In this document: one piece after another, positions 12,300 to 25,624 of the stretch | Position numbering within the stretch: the first letter of the stretch is position 1 | Layout: the number at the start of each line of letters is the position of its first letter | From: Cyanophora paradoxa CCMP329 | Taxonomy: Eukaryota; Plantae; Glaucophyta | Reading direction: 5' to 3' | Assembly (NCBI GenBank): GCA_004431415.1 | Contig: QPMI01000083.1 | Location: forward strand, 1 to 64,000 | DNA: 64,000 nt | Notes under the pieces: generated by a model | What the model saw: only the letters and a program-made list of their open reading frames with translations | The model's database searches: none | Told to the model about the DNA's origin: nothing | Translations under genes and position numbers: made by a program

Positions 12300-13640
12300 G
12301 TGTACGCGCGCCAGGACCGACCCCAGAGCCCGCCGAGGAGTGGACATGTACAGTGGAATGGCAAGCAAGGCGCAACCCGGCCCGCGGCCGATGCTGGCGC
12401 CTCGCCTGAGCCGAGCCCCTCGTCCTCGTCGACCGCTTCTGCTGCAGCTGCGGTCTTTGCAGCCGCGAAGAACCCGAAGCTTAAGCTCAAGGCGCCGGCG
12501 CCCGCAGCTGCGGGGGCCGTCCTCAGGACAGCTCCTGCGCTCAACCGCCCGTCGGCGTCGGCGCCTAAAGGCCCGCGACCCGCTTCTGCGCCGACGCCCG
12601 CCGCCGCCCCTCGCAGCTTGGGGCTTGGCGCCCCTACAGCTAAGCCTCCCTCGGGCGCGGCAGCGCCTGCGCCTGCGCGGGCGTCCGCCGGCGCGCCGTG
12701 CGACCCGCTCCGGATCCCTTCCGGCAAGCCGACGGCGCGCGCCCTTCCCCCGCCCCGGCCCTCGACTGCACATGCGGCCGCAGCCCAGGCGACGGTCGGG
12801 GCGCCGCGGCCAGCGCCCCCGCGCCCCGCCCACAGCTCAGCCGCCGCCTCCGCCGCCCCAGCCACCCCAGACAGGCCTCTATCCTCAGCGCCGCCCGCGC
12901 CCCGCGCCCTAACCGCCGCGCGCGCCCCCGCCCCCGGCGCCCGGCGACCCGCCACGGCCCTCCCCGGCGTTCGGCTCCCATGGACAGCATCCGCTGCCGC
13001 GGCATCGGCCGCAGCCGCCGCGAAGCCTTGGCGCCCGGAGACCGCAGCTCCTGGCTCCCGCACGCCCCCGGCTTCAGCCGCCAATATTAATCCCAACCCC
13101 GCCCCGCCCTTCCGCCCCCTGCGCCCCGCCGGCCGACCCGTACCCCGACTCCCGCCTCCTCCGCCTTCCCGACGACATCCTCGTGAAGGCGCGTACCCCT
13201 CCCCGTCTGAATCCCGCACCCTCCCCGATTCCTGTACCCCGGCAGGTCTTCCTACTCCTGCAACCCCGCGAGAAGGGGTACGCCGCCGCCGCCCACGCCT
13301 CTCCTCCCGCCTAGGCCTTTCAGGGCCCGCCTCTGGTCGCTCTGCCGCCGCCTGCGAGACGCGATTCCACATGTACCCCCTCTACCTCTACTTCCCCCCA
13401 CCGGTTTCAGAACGCGTACCCCGCAGGTCCGCTGGCCCCGCATCGACGTCCCGAGCGACATTCCGGGTACCCGGCTTCCGTCCTCCCACGTCCTGTACAT
13501 GTTCCGGGTTCAAATCCCGCCGGCGCCGTCACAAGAGCGTTACTCTCGAAGTCCCGCGCGGCGTCTCTATTCCGTACCCTCCGCACCGGCCGCCTCCAGT
13601 GTCCGCACCCTGTATCCCCATCGTTACCGTTCCCCTCTGA
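12300..13640 (+). other. Pro/Ala-rich low-complexity open frame, possibly a disordered protein exon
   Basis: 446-aa ORF with no domain; lies head-to-head with the KBP gene. Confidence 0.3.
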
Positions 13641-15018
13641 CCTTCGAATTCCCCCCGGCCAGGTTGCGAACTGGTCCTGGAAGCTACCCCCCCGCGCCCC
13701 TTCCGCGGCCTCATGGGATGGGCGACTTTTGGACGTCATCCAAGGTCCCCCGTACCCCCCTCCGAGCCCTCACCCCAGGGAGGTCCCCGATTTTCGGCGC
13801 TGGCTGGCGTCCGTTCCCGGCCTCGCGCGCCTCTCGATCCGGCACGGGCCGCTTTCATTCCGCTACCCCCACCCGTCTGCTCCCCCTTGAAGCCCCCCTC
13901 CCTACTCCCGCCCCCTTTTCTTCTCCTGAATTTGATCCGCAAGCCCAAGCCCTGGCTGGAGCCGAACGCGAGACGTCGCCCGAGGAACGCCTATCCCCTA
14001 GGCCTCGCCCTCCGCCCCCCTCGGCCCCTCCCTCTCCCATCCATCTCACACTGGCCGTCAAGATCGGTGACCGCGTATACGTACCCCCATGGCTCGGCCT
14101 CGTTCCCCTCTCTTAATCTCGTGCAGGCTCCAAGGATCGATATCCGGCGGCCCCACCCGTCCCGGGCCGTGGCCGCCTACGCCCCATCCTTGATGCCCTC
14201 CGCCCGGCCCACTCGTCGCCCTTCGCAGGTACCTGTCTCTAACCGCCCATACCCCTCGTCTCTTCAATCACGTACCCCCGGCAGCCTGGAGCTGAGCCAC
14301 GTATTTTTCTCGGACGTGGGAAAGGGTGGGAAACATTATCCGCCGCCATATTCCCTTTTTTAATTGGCACCATTCTGATGACGTTCCCTCACACTCGAAG
14401 GTGTCTACCAGCGAGTGGCCCCCCTTTAATTTTCAATTCCCTCCTCTGGACCCCCCCCCTCCCCCTCCCCTCCCCCCTCCCCCCCCCCCCCCCCGATTAA
14501 TTACATAATCGCGCGCGGCCGGGGGCCCTCATAGAAAGAGAGCGGCGACCCTTGCGCCTCGAAGCCCCAAGCCCCAAGGCCACTCCCGCTTCGCAGGGAC
14601 TCACTTTAAATAATTTTAGTACGTATGCCGAGCACAAGATTCAGTTTCGCCTTCGGTTTCCAGCGCACTTCGATTCGCAGTAAGTACTTCGAGCGTACTT
14701 CGAACCTGCGCATGCAGCGCTAGCTGTGCCTTCAGTAAGTAGTCTGCCACTACTACGGTTCTTTCTTGTTCATGATACAAGAGAGAGAGAGAGAGATATG
14801 GTTTAGTTGATGGGCGAAAGGCGAAATCAAAGCGAAAATTGCTAGCGCTGCACAATTGAATGACTACGAAAGCTATCACATGAAACCTATGACTACGCTG
14901 CAGCAGAATTCGAATGAGATACAATCGCTCGTAGCGATCGCGAGCAGTTATCATAGTTTGAATTTCTAGTTTAGTTTCCAAAGCACTGCCCGAGCGTCCG
15001 ATGTCGATGGCCCCTGCA

Positions 15019-17245
15019 TCAACCACGCGCAATGAACGCGCGGCCTGGCGTTGCCGACCGCAAGCCTTGAAGCCCGAATCTAAAGCTGTACGTGGCAGCA
15101 AGGGCGATGGCGGCGCCCAGCAGGATGCCTGGCAGCTGCAGTGCCGAGAAGGAAGCAGGGGCGACGGAAAACACAGGGCTACGATTCCCAAAGCGCAGAT
15201 CAGCCCGCGCGACGGGCGCGACCGCGGGAAATTCGAAGCTTACATTGAGGAGACACTCGAGCTCGCGGGCACCCATGCAAAAGCCTGCACGTCAACGTCA
15301 CCATGATCAGCAAAAGGTCATCATGAAGCTTAATTATAAGATGATCAGCAAATTCAAGATTGCGGTGCACATTCACGAGCGTGAAATCCTGGAACCGCTT
15401 GTCAGTGCTTTGGATAACGATGGAATAGCCTTGGTTGACGTTGTAGGCCTGCTCGAACCAAAACGTCTCAAAGCTGATCTGACGCTGCATACAAAGTGTA
15501 CAAATTGGCGGGTTTCTTATATAATTACCCCGAGGAGGTTGCGGGAGGAGTGGCGCAGGGCGTTGCAGGTCGCAAAAGACGGGGCGGCTGCGCATGTGCA
15601 AAACAGAAGATCGAATAAGGAAGAGTTCGAATTCATGAGTGCGCACGCAAGGGCGACTTTGCGATCGCCGACTCGGCGATACATATATATATATATACGC
15701 GGAGCATCGAGTCGCGCGCACTGAACGTGATCTGTGTATCGCTTGGGATTTGAGCGTTGGTGGCGGGGCAGGACTTCCCCGACCCGGGTTCGACGATGAG
15801 AATCGTAATCGGGGCGCCAACAGGGAAGCCTGAGCCCAGGATGGTCACCGTAGATCCCGCCTGTCGCAATCAGAAGTTCATGATCGAGTTTTGCTTTGGG
15901 TTACAATTATATATTTTATGATTTTAAGTTAAAGATATGGAGGCTGCAGCTGCGGTCGGGGCGGGCTCAAAAGAAACGCGCCTGGGCGGATCTGACGGCG
16001 GGCTCCGGCAACGTCGCGGTGTTGTTCGCGTCGAAAACGAGTGAAACTGGTTTGCCGCTCGATACACTCTGGCCCCCGACATTTTGAATCACAATCTGCG
16101 TGATTTTCTACGAGTTTCAAAGGACTCTGGTCAGCGCGCGTACGATGGCATGGATATTCTAAAATAATTCGAAGCAGGCACCGGCCCAATCGCAATGAGT
16201 GCGGGCGCTGTAGTTGGCGTAGGAGTAATGCCGGAAGTGGATGGTGGCGCGGTGGGCGAAGGAGTCGGGGTAGCTATAGCGGCAGTGGAACTGTAAGCAC
16301 ACAAGTGAGCTCGAGGCGCGAATGAACGTGCGATAGATATGCATGACGTATACGGCCTTACGTCGGGCTTGGAGATGGCGTTGACGTTGGAATGCCGGAT
16401 GGTGAGGGACTGGCCATGGCCGACGGCGAGGGGCTGGCCGACGGGGAGGGAGAAGGACTGCGAAATGATACAATTGCAAGGCTTCGTCAGCCGCAGATCT
16501 AGATATGATAACGAGCGGCTGATAGCTTAGTATCTAGATCTAGTACTTATATACATATATTCCGAGATTGATCAGACCTCGGCGTGGCGCTCGCGCTCGG
16601 TGACGGGCTTGGCGAAGGCGATGGCGATGGCGTCGCCGGTGCGGTGCAGACGCCGCTCACGTTCGTGGAAGGCGCTTGACAAGCGCAGACGGGAGCTGTA
16701 GCGAGAAGCTGGCGTCCGACAACCGTTCGAGCGAGAAGACTGCGACGTTTGACATCGTTAACGGTGCCAAGGATTGTCTGGCCCGATGTGCAATTGTACC
16801 TGCGTACAAGCATATGCATGGGGCTCTGTCAGCTGCATGTACAGCCTTAAGCTTGAAAATATGCATGATACTAGCTATATATATAGTTACGTATACATAG
16901 AGATCTTTAGACGCACCACAAGCAGTAATTTTTGCCTTCGTAAGCTACGGTCGTGTGATTCGTGTAGAATTGTAAGCCAGCCGCACCCCAGCCGCCGCCG
17001 CAGCCAGCACCAGTTCCGTCACCAGTGCAGGCTGGGTTTAGTAGGGCACTGTTGCATGCGCATCCGCTGATCCAGCTCCCATGAGGGCATTCCACGGTAA
17101 ATTGCACTGGGATGCCGGAGACGAGAGCCACCAGACAAGCGATGAGCAGAACGCGCGTCAACGCCACCGATCGCGATTGCGAGCCCCGGTAGCGTCCGTA
17201 GATCGCCGGCAAAAGCATGCGTATGTGCATGTTGCCCCAAACCAT
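15019..17245 (-). CDS. Secreted/cell-surface protein A: signal peptide, Cys-rich head, (SP)n stalk, IPT/TIG-like domain, hydrophobic C-terminus
   Basis: Exons: VLLIACLVALVSG...CPHGSWISGCACN; KRRSLL...TPSPSPSPSPSP; IVIQNVGG...; AGSTVTILGSGFPVGAPITILIV...IPSDTQITF; RNLLG; AFAWV; PGILLGAAIALAATY...*. The junctions I checked in the 3' half are phase-compatible. Confidence 0.75.
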
Positions 17246-17531
17246 GAAGAACTCAGTGTGACTGGAGACGGCTGCGGCGGCCGGCTAATTATTATTATAA
17301 TGAAGAAGAACCGTTGAACTAGAAAAGAAGCGGCGACGCGCTAGCGTAAACTAATGAAGACAGCGGCCGCACGCGCAGTCGACGCGCGCCCGCCCGCGGC
17401 CGCAGTCGATCGCGAGTGACTCGATCGGGAGTCGCGATCGCGATCGGGAGTCGGGAGTCGGGACTCGGGACTCGGAAGTCGGGACACGCTGGCACCGCCG
17501 GGCCGTGCGCAGTGCGCAGTACGTAGTAGTA

Positions 17532-17771
17532 CCGTGTAACATCTAATTAATGCGCCAGAAATCGATGCGTTTTTGAACCCGGAATTAATTAATGCGGCAC
17601 CAAATTAATGCGTTTTTGGCTGCGCTAGGGGGGTACGTATGTGTACAAACCGCAGTTTTCTAAGCGTTTCAATATTAATGCGGTCCCGAATTAATGCGTT
17701 TTGTTACCAAAAAGCGCATTAATTCGGTACCGCATTACTTTAAGTGCGCGCATTACTTAAGTGTTACACAG
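17532..17771. mobile_element. 240-bp MITE, Tc1/mariner-pogo/Tc2-like
   Basis: TIRs CCGTGTAACATCTAATTAATGCG and (reverse complement) CTGTGTAACACTTAAGTAATGCG, flanked by TA on both sides. Internal AATTAATGCG repeats flip orientation. Confidence 0.8.
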
Positions 17772-17938
17772 TACTAGCGCGCACTGCCGCGCGGTGCCGC
17801 CGCGGCCGGTGCGCACTAGTACTGCGCGCGGCAGTGCGCACTCGCGCACGGGCCCGGCGGGCCACGGCCCACGGGCCCACGGCCGGCAGCGGGGGGCGCC
17901 CCGCACGGGCGGTCACTGCCGGTCAATTGCAATGCATA

Positions 17939-18664
17939 CCGTGTAACACAGTAATTAATATGACGGTCAAATTTATGTCTTTCAAAAAGTTTGCGAGATC
18001 ATCGGATACTATGATGATATGACATCCCCAAATTCTGTCGTCATGAACTTTTCAGGCGGCACGGGCCACGCCGTGACGGCCCACGGCCCACGGAACATGG
18101 CCACACCGTGGCACGCTTCGACGGTCGGTAGCTGATTCTGTAAACGTGCGAATTCTAATATCCGCCAGAGTTTAATTCCGACTATATTCGCCAGACGTCG
18201 ACCGACGTCGACCCTCTGGCGAATATTTGACGCTGGCGAATTAAAGTTGTTTTAATTGAGCCTTTGTATGGATCCCCGGAGAGAGGGGTACTGAAGGCTG
18301 ACCTCTCCAGGGCGATTTCATTTGCAAAGTCGTTGAGAGTCGGGGTGGCAAATTCAAGACGCTGGTGGAATAGGCGATTAGCACAATATTACTAGTAATA
18401 TAATTTAGCAGCCTTCCGGACCAAGTAGTACCGCCGCTGTAAATGTACCGGTATTAGCAGGCCGGCCGCGGCCGCGGGCGCCGGCGCTACCGTCGGGCAC
18501 TAAATTACTGCGGCGTTAATTAACTCAGTAGTAACGCGGTTTCAAAAATGGCCCTCCTCTGAGCAAAATACCGCGGTACCAAATTACCGCGTTTTAACAA
18601 ACTTTTAGCGCGGTAATTTGGTGCCGCGGTAATTAAGTGGGCGCGGTTTTTATGTGTTCCACGG
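17939..18664. mobile_element. Related MITE or nested MITEs
   Basis: Left end TA-CCGTGTAACACA and right end TGTGTTCCACGG-TA. There is a second TA-CCGT start at 18490 and internal inverted repeats (attcgccag/ctggcgaat, taccgcggta). Confidence 0.55.
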
Positions 18665-18717
18665 TACCGACTCAGGTACTTGGCCATGGGGGGGGGGGGT
18701 ACTCGGGGGGACACTGG

Positions 18718-18965
18718 TGTCGGAAAGAAGCGGGCCGGAAAAAAAGCAAGAAGCGGACACCGGCCTGTCAGTGGCTGTCACCGGGAAGAAGCGGGCCGGG
18801 AAAAAAGAAAGAAGCGGACACCGGCCTGTCACCGGGAAGTTGGGCGGGAACCCGGCGGGAAGCACTTCCGAACTCGGAAAAAAAGAAAGAAGCGGAAGCA
18901 CGTCGGAACGTTAACTCCGAGAAATCGGGCAGATTCATTTGACAAAAAAAGAAAGAAGCGGCACG
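18718..18965. repeat. Degenerate tandem repeat (aagaagcgg...caccggcctgtca)
   Basis: Two near-identical ~59-bp units plus partial copies. Confidence 0.7.
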
Positions 18966-19077
18966 CCGGCACCAGCAGATCGAAATTCATCGATATATCG
19001 AAATTCCTGTTTCGAAGCATGCGCAGCGATTTAGCCAGGGATTCGCCGTCGCTACTATGCATATCAAGCTTAAGTAC

Positions 19078-19352
19078 CGTAATTTATAAAACACTTATAA
19101 TTAATTAATGCGTCAGATATCAATATTAATGCGTTTTTGGACCCTTTTTTTTTTTTTGAGAGACTACGGTGGGGCGAACCCCCCGTAGGTTTTTGGACCC
19201 GGCCGCGGACCCCTATTACGAGTAATTATGCGCCCCCCAAATTAATGCGTTCTTACGCTTTCCGCCTGCATGAAGGCCCGGGGGGTACTGAGTCTACTAC
19301 TGACTGCATGCAGTTTCTTAGCGTTCTCTTATTTATGCGCCCCCAAATTAAG
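19078..19352. mobile_element. Truncated copy of the 17532 MITE family
   Basis: TA-CCGT start followed by aattaatgcgtcaga...atgcgtttttggaccc, similar to the interior of the 17532 element. No clear right TIR. Confidence 0.5.
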
Positions 19353-19363
19353 CGTCGCGATCG

Positions 19364-19495
19364 GTGCAGAATTCGAATCACTGCAGATCTGAGAATCACG
19401 TGCACATGTGCAGCAGAATTCGATCTGAAAATCACGTGCACATGTGCAGCAGAATTCGATCTGAGAATCACTGCAGAATTCGAATCACTGCAGAT
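19364..19495. repeat. Palindrome-rich tandem repeat (~34-bp unit, aatcacgtgcacatgtgcagcagaattcgatctga)
   Basis: Direct inspection. Confidence 0.75.
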
Positions 19496-19657
19496 GTAAA
19501 GCCGCGCACTAGCACTGCGGCAGACTGCGCAGACTGCGACCAGCATGCGCATCGTGGCAGGCCACTGGCAGTACCGGACCTACTACCGGTATATACACCT
19601 ACGCGCAAGCTTGAGGCAGCTGTATATAATAGGACCGTCGGACAGCGCAGCTGTAAA

Positions 19658-22502
19658 ATGGCGAGGCGCTCGCATCAAGTGGGGGTGTCCAGCCGCAGAA
19701 CCGCATCGATGGCCGTAGCCTATAGCTACAGCTGCTTTTACGCCTCTGTATGCATAACTTGCATCCTCAGCATCGCGGTGCCCGCCGCGGCTCAGCTGCG
19801 GTCTCCATGCAGCGTGTTCGACACGACGAAAACGTTCCAGGTGGTGTCTTTCAACGACACCTCGAAGTGCTGGGAGGCGGGGGATCTTGGCAATTGCAAC
19901 GGCTGTCTCCCTGCGGGAGTCAAGCTGGCCACCTGCCAAGCGAGTGCGCATGCACGTCGATCATGATCAGCGCGCAAGCTCTCTAGATTAATATTAATCC
20001 CACTGGGCCATGGCATGTACAGGCACACCAGCGCAGCTCTTCAACGCGACTTTTGTAGGCGAACAGAGTGGCACCCAGGTGTACAACCTCTTCTATCCCG
20101 CGTCCATGCCGATCGTCGCCGGCGTCGAGCTTCGATCCAGCCCGATCGCAGTGGGTATTGCAACTGAAAACAATGGCCAGCCAGGCGCCGGCCAAATATC
20201 CGGAGTACGTGCCTGTGTCCGAAATCCGTGCAAAGGGCTACTGTACCGCTGATCACAATTCCGTCCGTTAACGTTAGCTATTCGGGCGGTTTGTCCGACC
20301 TAGCGGCGACCCCTTTACCCTGACCCTCGCGCCAAAGAACGACTCTATTGTCATCTCGGTTTCAGGAAAGACGCCGTACACGGCAGTGGCCCCTATTGCA
20401 CCCACGTACAGCTACAACGGTGACACGTACAACATGTCCAGCAATGCAGTCCTCATGAAAACTATTGTCGGAGGTGCGCAATTGGCAAGGCAATCCATTA
20501 GCTCTTTGATCAATATTAATGGTCCCGTGGGCTCTTCAGCTCCGACGGAATCCGAGTGGACTATCCGCTACATTGATGGGTCCACCTTTCCTCCTTCATG
20601 CTCAAGTTCGACCCCGGTGAGGGAAACTTTGAAAGAGAGACACTCCGAGCTCCGCGAATTGCTCATCCGAACGCGAATTCGAATATTTCAGACTTCGAGC
20701 CCTTCCCCGAGCGCGAGTCCATCGCCGACTCCGATTGCGAGCCCGTCCCCAATGGCGACCCCGTCCCGAAGCGCAATCCCATCTCCGAGTGCCAGTGTGC
20801 AGCCTACGCCGAGCGCTTCCGTGGTGAGCTCAACAGTGCAACGCATTCCGATTTAAATTTGAACGCATCTTGCTCCGCGTGCATGCATATATATATGATC
20901 ATGATCATGACCTCCAAAACCATCGCGAGCAGCCTGGAGCGAATGTAACCACGGTAGAAATTGTTCAAGTGGTTGTCGATGGGAAAACGGTGCGTTAATC
21001 TCTATGCATTCCATAATATGTATGCGTTCAAGCGATAGCAATCACGTCCTCGTGATTCAATGATCATGACTGCGGGCCTAAATCTAATGATAAGGGTTCT
21101 CGCGATCGCTTCCTTTTTGTCGTTCGAATTATAAAACTTTTCGAGCGGCCGCGGCTTACTGATGATCGTATGTATACGATGCGCATTTGAAATCTGCTTC
21201 CTCAGTATGACATTGCTGGGGGAAGTGCCGTCACAACCACAGACTCAGTGAGCATGCGCACTTCGCGTCTCTGAAAATGATCGATTTCGAGCTCTTTAAT
21301 GCAGTTCTCACCCTAAATTAGCGATTTCGAGCTCGTTATATTAGTTCGCGCGGTTCTTATAATTATACCCTAATTATACAACTTGCAGGACGGGACAAAG
21401 CGAATCGCACTGAGCGGACTTGTCCTCTCGGCCCCTGCGGAGGCAAGTGAGAAAGTCAATCGAAAATGATTTTGCAAATTGATTCATCTGACGCATGATT
21501 TCCACTGCAAAACACAGACGGGAAGCTTGGACTTCGTAATAATCAAAGGCAGCAACCTGCCGGTAGCAATCGCTGTCCACAAATGAAAAATATTGTCGAC
21601 GTCACTAGTGTTATAATCAACTCGTCGTAGGTTGGAAAACCGATACGAATCTACATCGTGATTCCAAGCAACAGCAGCCAGAGGGTGGAGGCCCTTGAAG
21701 CGTCTATTCCGGACTCGCAAACCATCAGATTCAGTGCGTGCACGTGACTGGTTTCGAGAATGGACGGAAATCAATCGCAATCGCGAGCTAATTTAATCCT
21801 GAGTTATTCTGCGCAGAAGTCCCCCCGCTCCCGAAGGGCCCCGGCAGCCGCCGCCGACGCTCCCTGCTCCAGTTCACTTCCGGCTCCTCGGTACATTCCC
21901 AACAGAAAAAAACCTTCCTCGCATTATAAATGCAACGTGATATCGATATCAATACGTATACCGGCGGTTGTGCACAGTACGACCTGCGAATCGAGTCGGC
22001 TTCTGCCGCCCCCGATTTTACATCTTTCGTCCTTGATCGGGTTCGCGATCCGGCCTGCAGCTGGCCATTGATGTTAATAGTGATATCGCGGCCTTCCACA
22101 TTGTAGCTAACTTTGAAGCGATTGCTCTCGGCAGGCCTTCCGCTGGGTCTCGACGTCTACAAATAACAACGCGGGGACGGCAGGCATCCCTTACTGTGCG
22201 TTGAACGATTACCTGCCGCGATCGCGATCGATGTGATCATGATATATATCTTACCGTAGAACGCTCACCACCCCTTTAATTTCGTGCAGGGACATCTAGC
22301 GCCACAGCTGCCTCGCGATCGTCGCCATTCACGGTATCCTCTGTGAAATTGAATCCTATGAGATTCACTTTCTGAGCACATCATGCACCTTATTCGAGTC
22401 TTTTTGCAGCAGCTTGTGCATGCGCTGGTCTTCCTAACGATCGCGAGCATCGTCACTGTACCTGTACATGTTGCAGCGGCGGCTGCGGCTGCCTATGCGT
22501 GA
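19658..22502 (+). CDS. Secreted/cell-surface protein B, paralog of A in its C-terminal half; possible GPI or TM anchor
   Basis: Signal-like CITCILSIAVPAAAQ; Cys-rich head; SPSPSASPSPTP stalk; VIIKGSNLP-VGKPIRIYIV...IPDSQTIRF; RRRRSLLQ; AFRWV; LVHALVFLTIASIVTVPV...AYA* (TGA 22500-22502). Confidence 0.75.
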
Positions 22503-23786
22503 TCATGAGTTCGCGCTCCTTCAAATTAAAATGTTGCATTCGTAGGCGAATCTGAATTCGCATGCGTACGAGATCAATATAATTATAAGCTCTGGGGGGC
22601 GGCGGGGAGGGATCCGGAGTCGGGGGGTTGCAGTCTTACCTTGTCGGACGTCGACGTCGCCGCGCAACTTACTAAGCTTATCGTCGACCGTCGTTAGTAA
22701 GCTTCTGGATCTATATATAGCCACAAGAATATTAATTGCGCGTTCGGAATCGATATATCGAATTTTCGAATACAGTTGTTAACGTTCGTTTTAACGTGGA
22801 GCCATAGCATCAGCCTCTTCGAATTCGGCATAGCTGGCGCTGTCGGCCCGATCAGACCAGATATCAGTATCTAGATATCGATCTAGATCGGGCGGCTAGA
22901 TCCCGAACGGGAGGAAAATCCTGCCGCAGTGCGACTGCTTCGCATGCACCACTTGCAATAAATTCACATAATTGTACCTTGTTAGCTATAGCCGCAAAAT
23001 CATGCTTATCAGCTACAGATGCGGATGACATCTAGAGCGACGTCGACTGCTGCGAAACCGAAATAACTGCTGCGAGCCCTACGACTCGCGGCGAGACTGC
23101 GAGCACGCATACATACTTGCATACTTGCAATACTTGCAACTGCGAATAGGGCCTTGGGCATGGCGACTCGGCGGCCGGAAGACATGAGATCTAGAGAGAG
23201 AGAGAGAGCAACTGCAAATAACGCTGATCGTGAGAGCAACCGCTTCGAATCTTGCGATAAGCTATTATATGCGATTCTGGAAACAATACTTGCAACTGCG
23301 AATATGGCCTCTTCGTGACTCGGCGGCCCTAAGACTACGATGAAGAGAGAGATCTAGACTCCAAACGACTCTGATAAGGGTTGAGAGCGGAATATTACTG
23401 TGCGGATGCCCCAATACGAAGATAAGACGAATAGAAATATACAGTGAAAATGCGCCCTGCACACAAATAGATGCTTACGTTTGACATTTACTTTGCAGAT
23501 ACGTGGAAATGCGTACAATGCACGGAAACCGTATAATGCTTAAGATGCGTAAAACACGTAAAAATGCGGAACGGGAAATCGAGAACAGCAAAAACACAAA
23601 TCACTCTACACATGGTAAAACTCTTCTAAGGACCTGACCATGGCCAGGGGAAAACCTAGAGGAAACCAGATCTAGAACAAATCACAGGAAACCAGATCTA
23701 GGAGGGATGGGCGACGGCCTGGAAGGCATGTGAACGTTCCTCCTCCCTCAGGAGGCCGCCCACGCACGCAGATGAACGTTCCTCCC

Positions 23787-25534
23787 TCAGGAAGCCCCGA
23801 AGCAGGTGAAGCACCCCACCCGCTCGCGATCGAAGCCGCGAGCAACGCGGGGCGGGAGCGGGGAGCCGGCGGCGGCGGGGGCGGCCCCCGGACCGTAGAG
23901 ACCCGCCTGCGCCGCCCGCACGCGAGCATCATCAGCCCGATTCGTAAAAAAGAAAGTAAGAAGGGGGCGGAGCGTGGCGGCTCGCCTCCTCGTGCGTGGC
24001 GCCAAAGGCGACGGCCCGCTTGATCTGCATCCGCTCGAGCTCGGCGCGCCAGTCGGCCGCCCCGAGGCCCTCCGAGACCGCAGCGGAGCGAACGAAGCGG
24101 CCCGGCGTACCCGGGCGCGAGCTCGAGCGGGGGGGGCGCCCCGGAGACGATTCGCCCCAGGGCGAGCTCGGGGGGTACTGGTGGTGGTACGAGTCGGCGG
24201 CCGGGGCGCTGTGGACCGAGGGCTCGAAGCCGTCGCGGGACGTGCGGGGGGTACCGGTCCCCGAGGTCGACGGCGTGACCTTGCTGCTGCCCTTACCCCA
24301 GAGGGGGGGGCCGTGGGCCCGGGTATGGGCCCGAGGCTCCTCCTGGTACCCCTTGGAAAGCGGGGCCGATCCCCACCCGCTCTGCCCACGCCGCCGGAGG
24401 TGAGATGGGGCGGGGGATGGGTGGGGGTGGAGAGGGGGGTACGGACCTGATCGAATTGGGCGGCGACGGCGCGGGCCGCGGCGACGGCGTCGGCGGCCGT
24501 CGTACCCCCCGCGGGCCCGGCGCGCTTCGCCGCGACCGTCCAAGGCGAAATCTGAGGTCAAAAGTTCGTATAAAAGGCCGGAGAGGCGGTCCAAAGAAAG
24601 GAAGGGTACCTCGATCCACTTCGCGGCGTCACCCCTCTGATTCGCAGTCTCGGCCGACGGCTGCGCCGATCGGCGTGAGGGGGCGGCCCCTGCCGACCGC
24701 CCAGGCGGACGCGAATGGCACGGGGCTCACCTGAGCCACCTCGCGAGGCACAGGAACGGGGTACGACGTCACCGACACGCCCATGTGCAGGGCGCCCGAG
24801 AAGACCTGCCGGCGGCACGGATCAAATCAGGCGCGATCAAATTGGACTCTTTGAAATTGGACTATTCGAACAGAGTAGCGTACCCGGGCCTGGCGCTCGA
24901 CGGGTACCCAGAAGTCCCGCGTGGTGCCGGCGCCGCCACCCGCGAGCAGGTTCCTGTAGTCCACGTGGACCCGCCCCAAGACCTTCTCGCCGACCGCACT
25001 CACCTGCGCGGGCGGGGCGCCGAAGTGAGACTCAGCGACAGCGACGCGGCGCCCACGGCCCGTGTGCGGCACGCACGATTGCGACTGAGATCTCCGTGTG
25101 ATCGGCGGGCTCGCCCCTCGGACTGGCACTGGCGTGCCGCCTGGAGCGCTGGCGCTTGGGCACCTCGACAGGAAAAGACATATCTGCGACGCGCGGCGTC
25201 GGAAGAGAAAGACACGAGGCGGGGCCCCCGCAGACAGGGAAGCGCACCGGCGTCGAATGAGTGAATCGTTCGGTCGTCCCCGGGCGAAGTCGGCGAGCCG
25301 AGCACGGCCTTCGGCGAGCACCTCTTCGCGCCTTCGAGGCCCACAGACCCGCCGCAGGAGACCAGGAGCTGCGCGGCGAGACAGATCATGAGCTGGGAAC
25401 ATTAACTGCTCGGAAGGGGCAAGCGAGCCCGAGCGGACGCGCACGTAGCAGTCGCGGCAGCCAAGCCCGACACCGCGCCGGATGGCCACGTTGACGTACA
25501 TCGCATTCGTTCTTGCTGCCACTCGGCTGGCCAT
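23787..25534 (-). CDS. C2-like-domain protein with disordered tail, paralog 1
   Basis: YVNVAIRRGVGLGCRDCY; EISVAIVR; VGEKVLGRVHVDYRNLL...RDFWVPVE; FSGALHMGVSV; C-terminus GCFTCFGAS*. Confidence 0.7.
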
Positions 25535-25624
25535 GGCAGCTCTCGTGTTCGGCCGCTCTGGGGCCGACCAGCGGGCCCAGCGAGCGGCGGCAAGCCGCGG
25601 GGGAGCACTGCTGCAGCTGCAGCG

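Noticed and set aside
14449-14495. Poly-C/poly-G tracts (also ~5600, ~7440, ~39170, ~49210) as a special element
   Set aside because: These are common low-complexity tracts, mostly intronic and error-prone in sequencing; no specific structure is supportable.
15001-16087. Plus-strand ORFs (e.g. 15092-15724) as a separate gene or transposase
   Set aside because: The minus strand gives phase-compatible exons homologous to protein B, so the plus-strand ORFs are antisense shadows.
20930-20990. TSP1-like WSEC...C..GC motif
   Set aside because: It is in the wrong frame; splice phases give PGANVTTVEIVQVVVDGKT.
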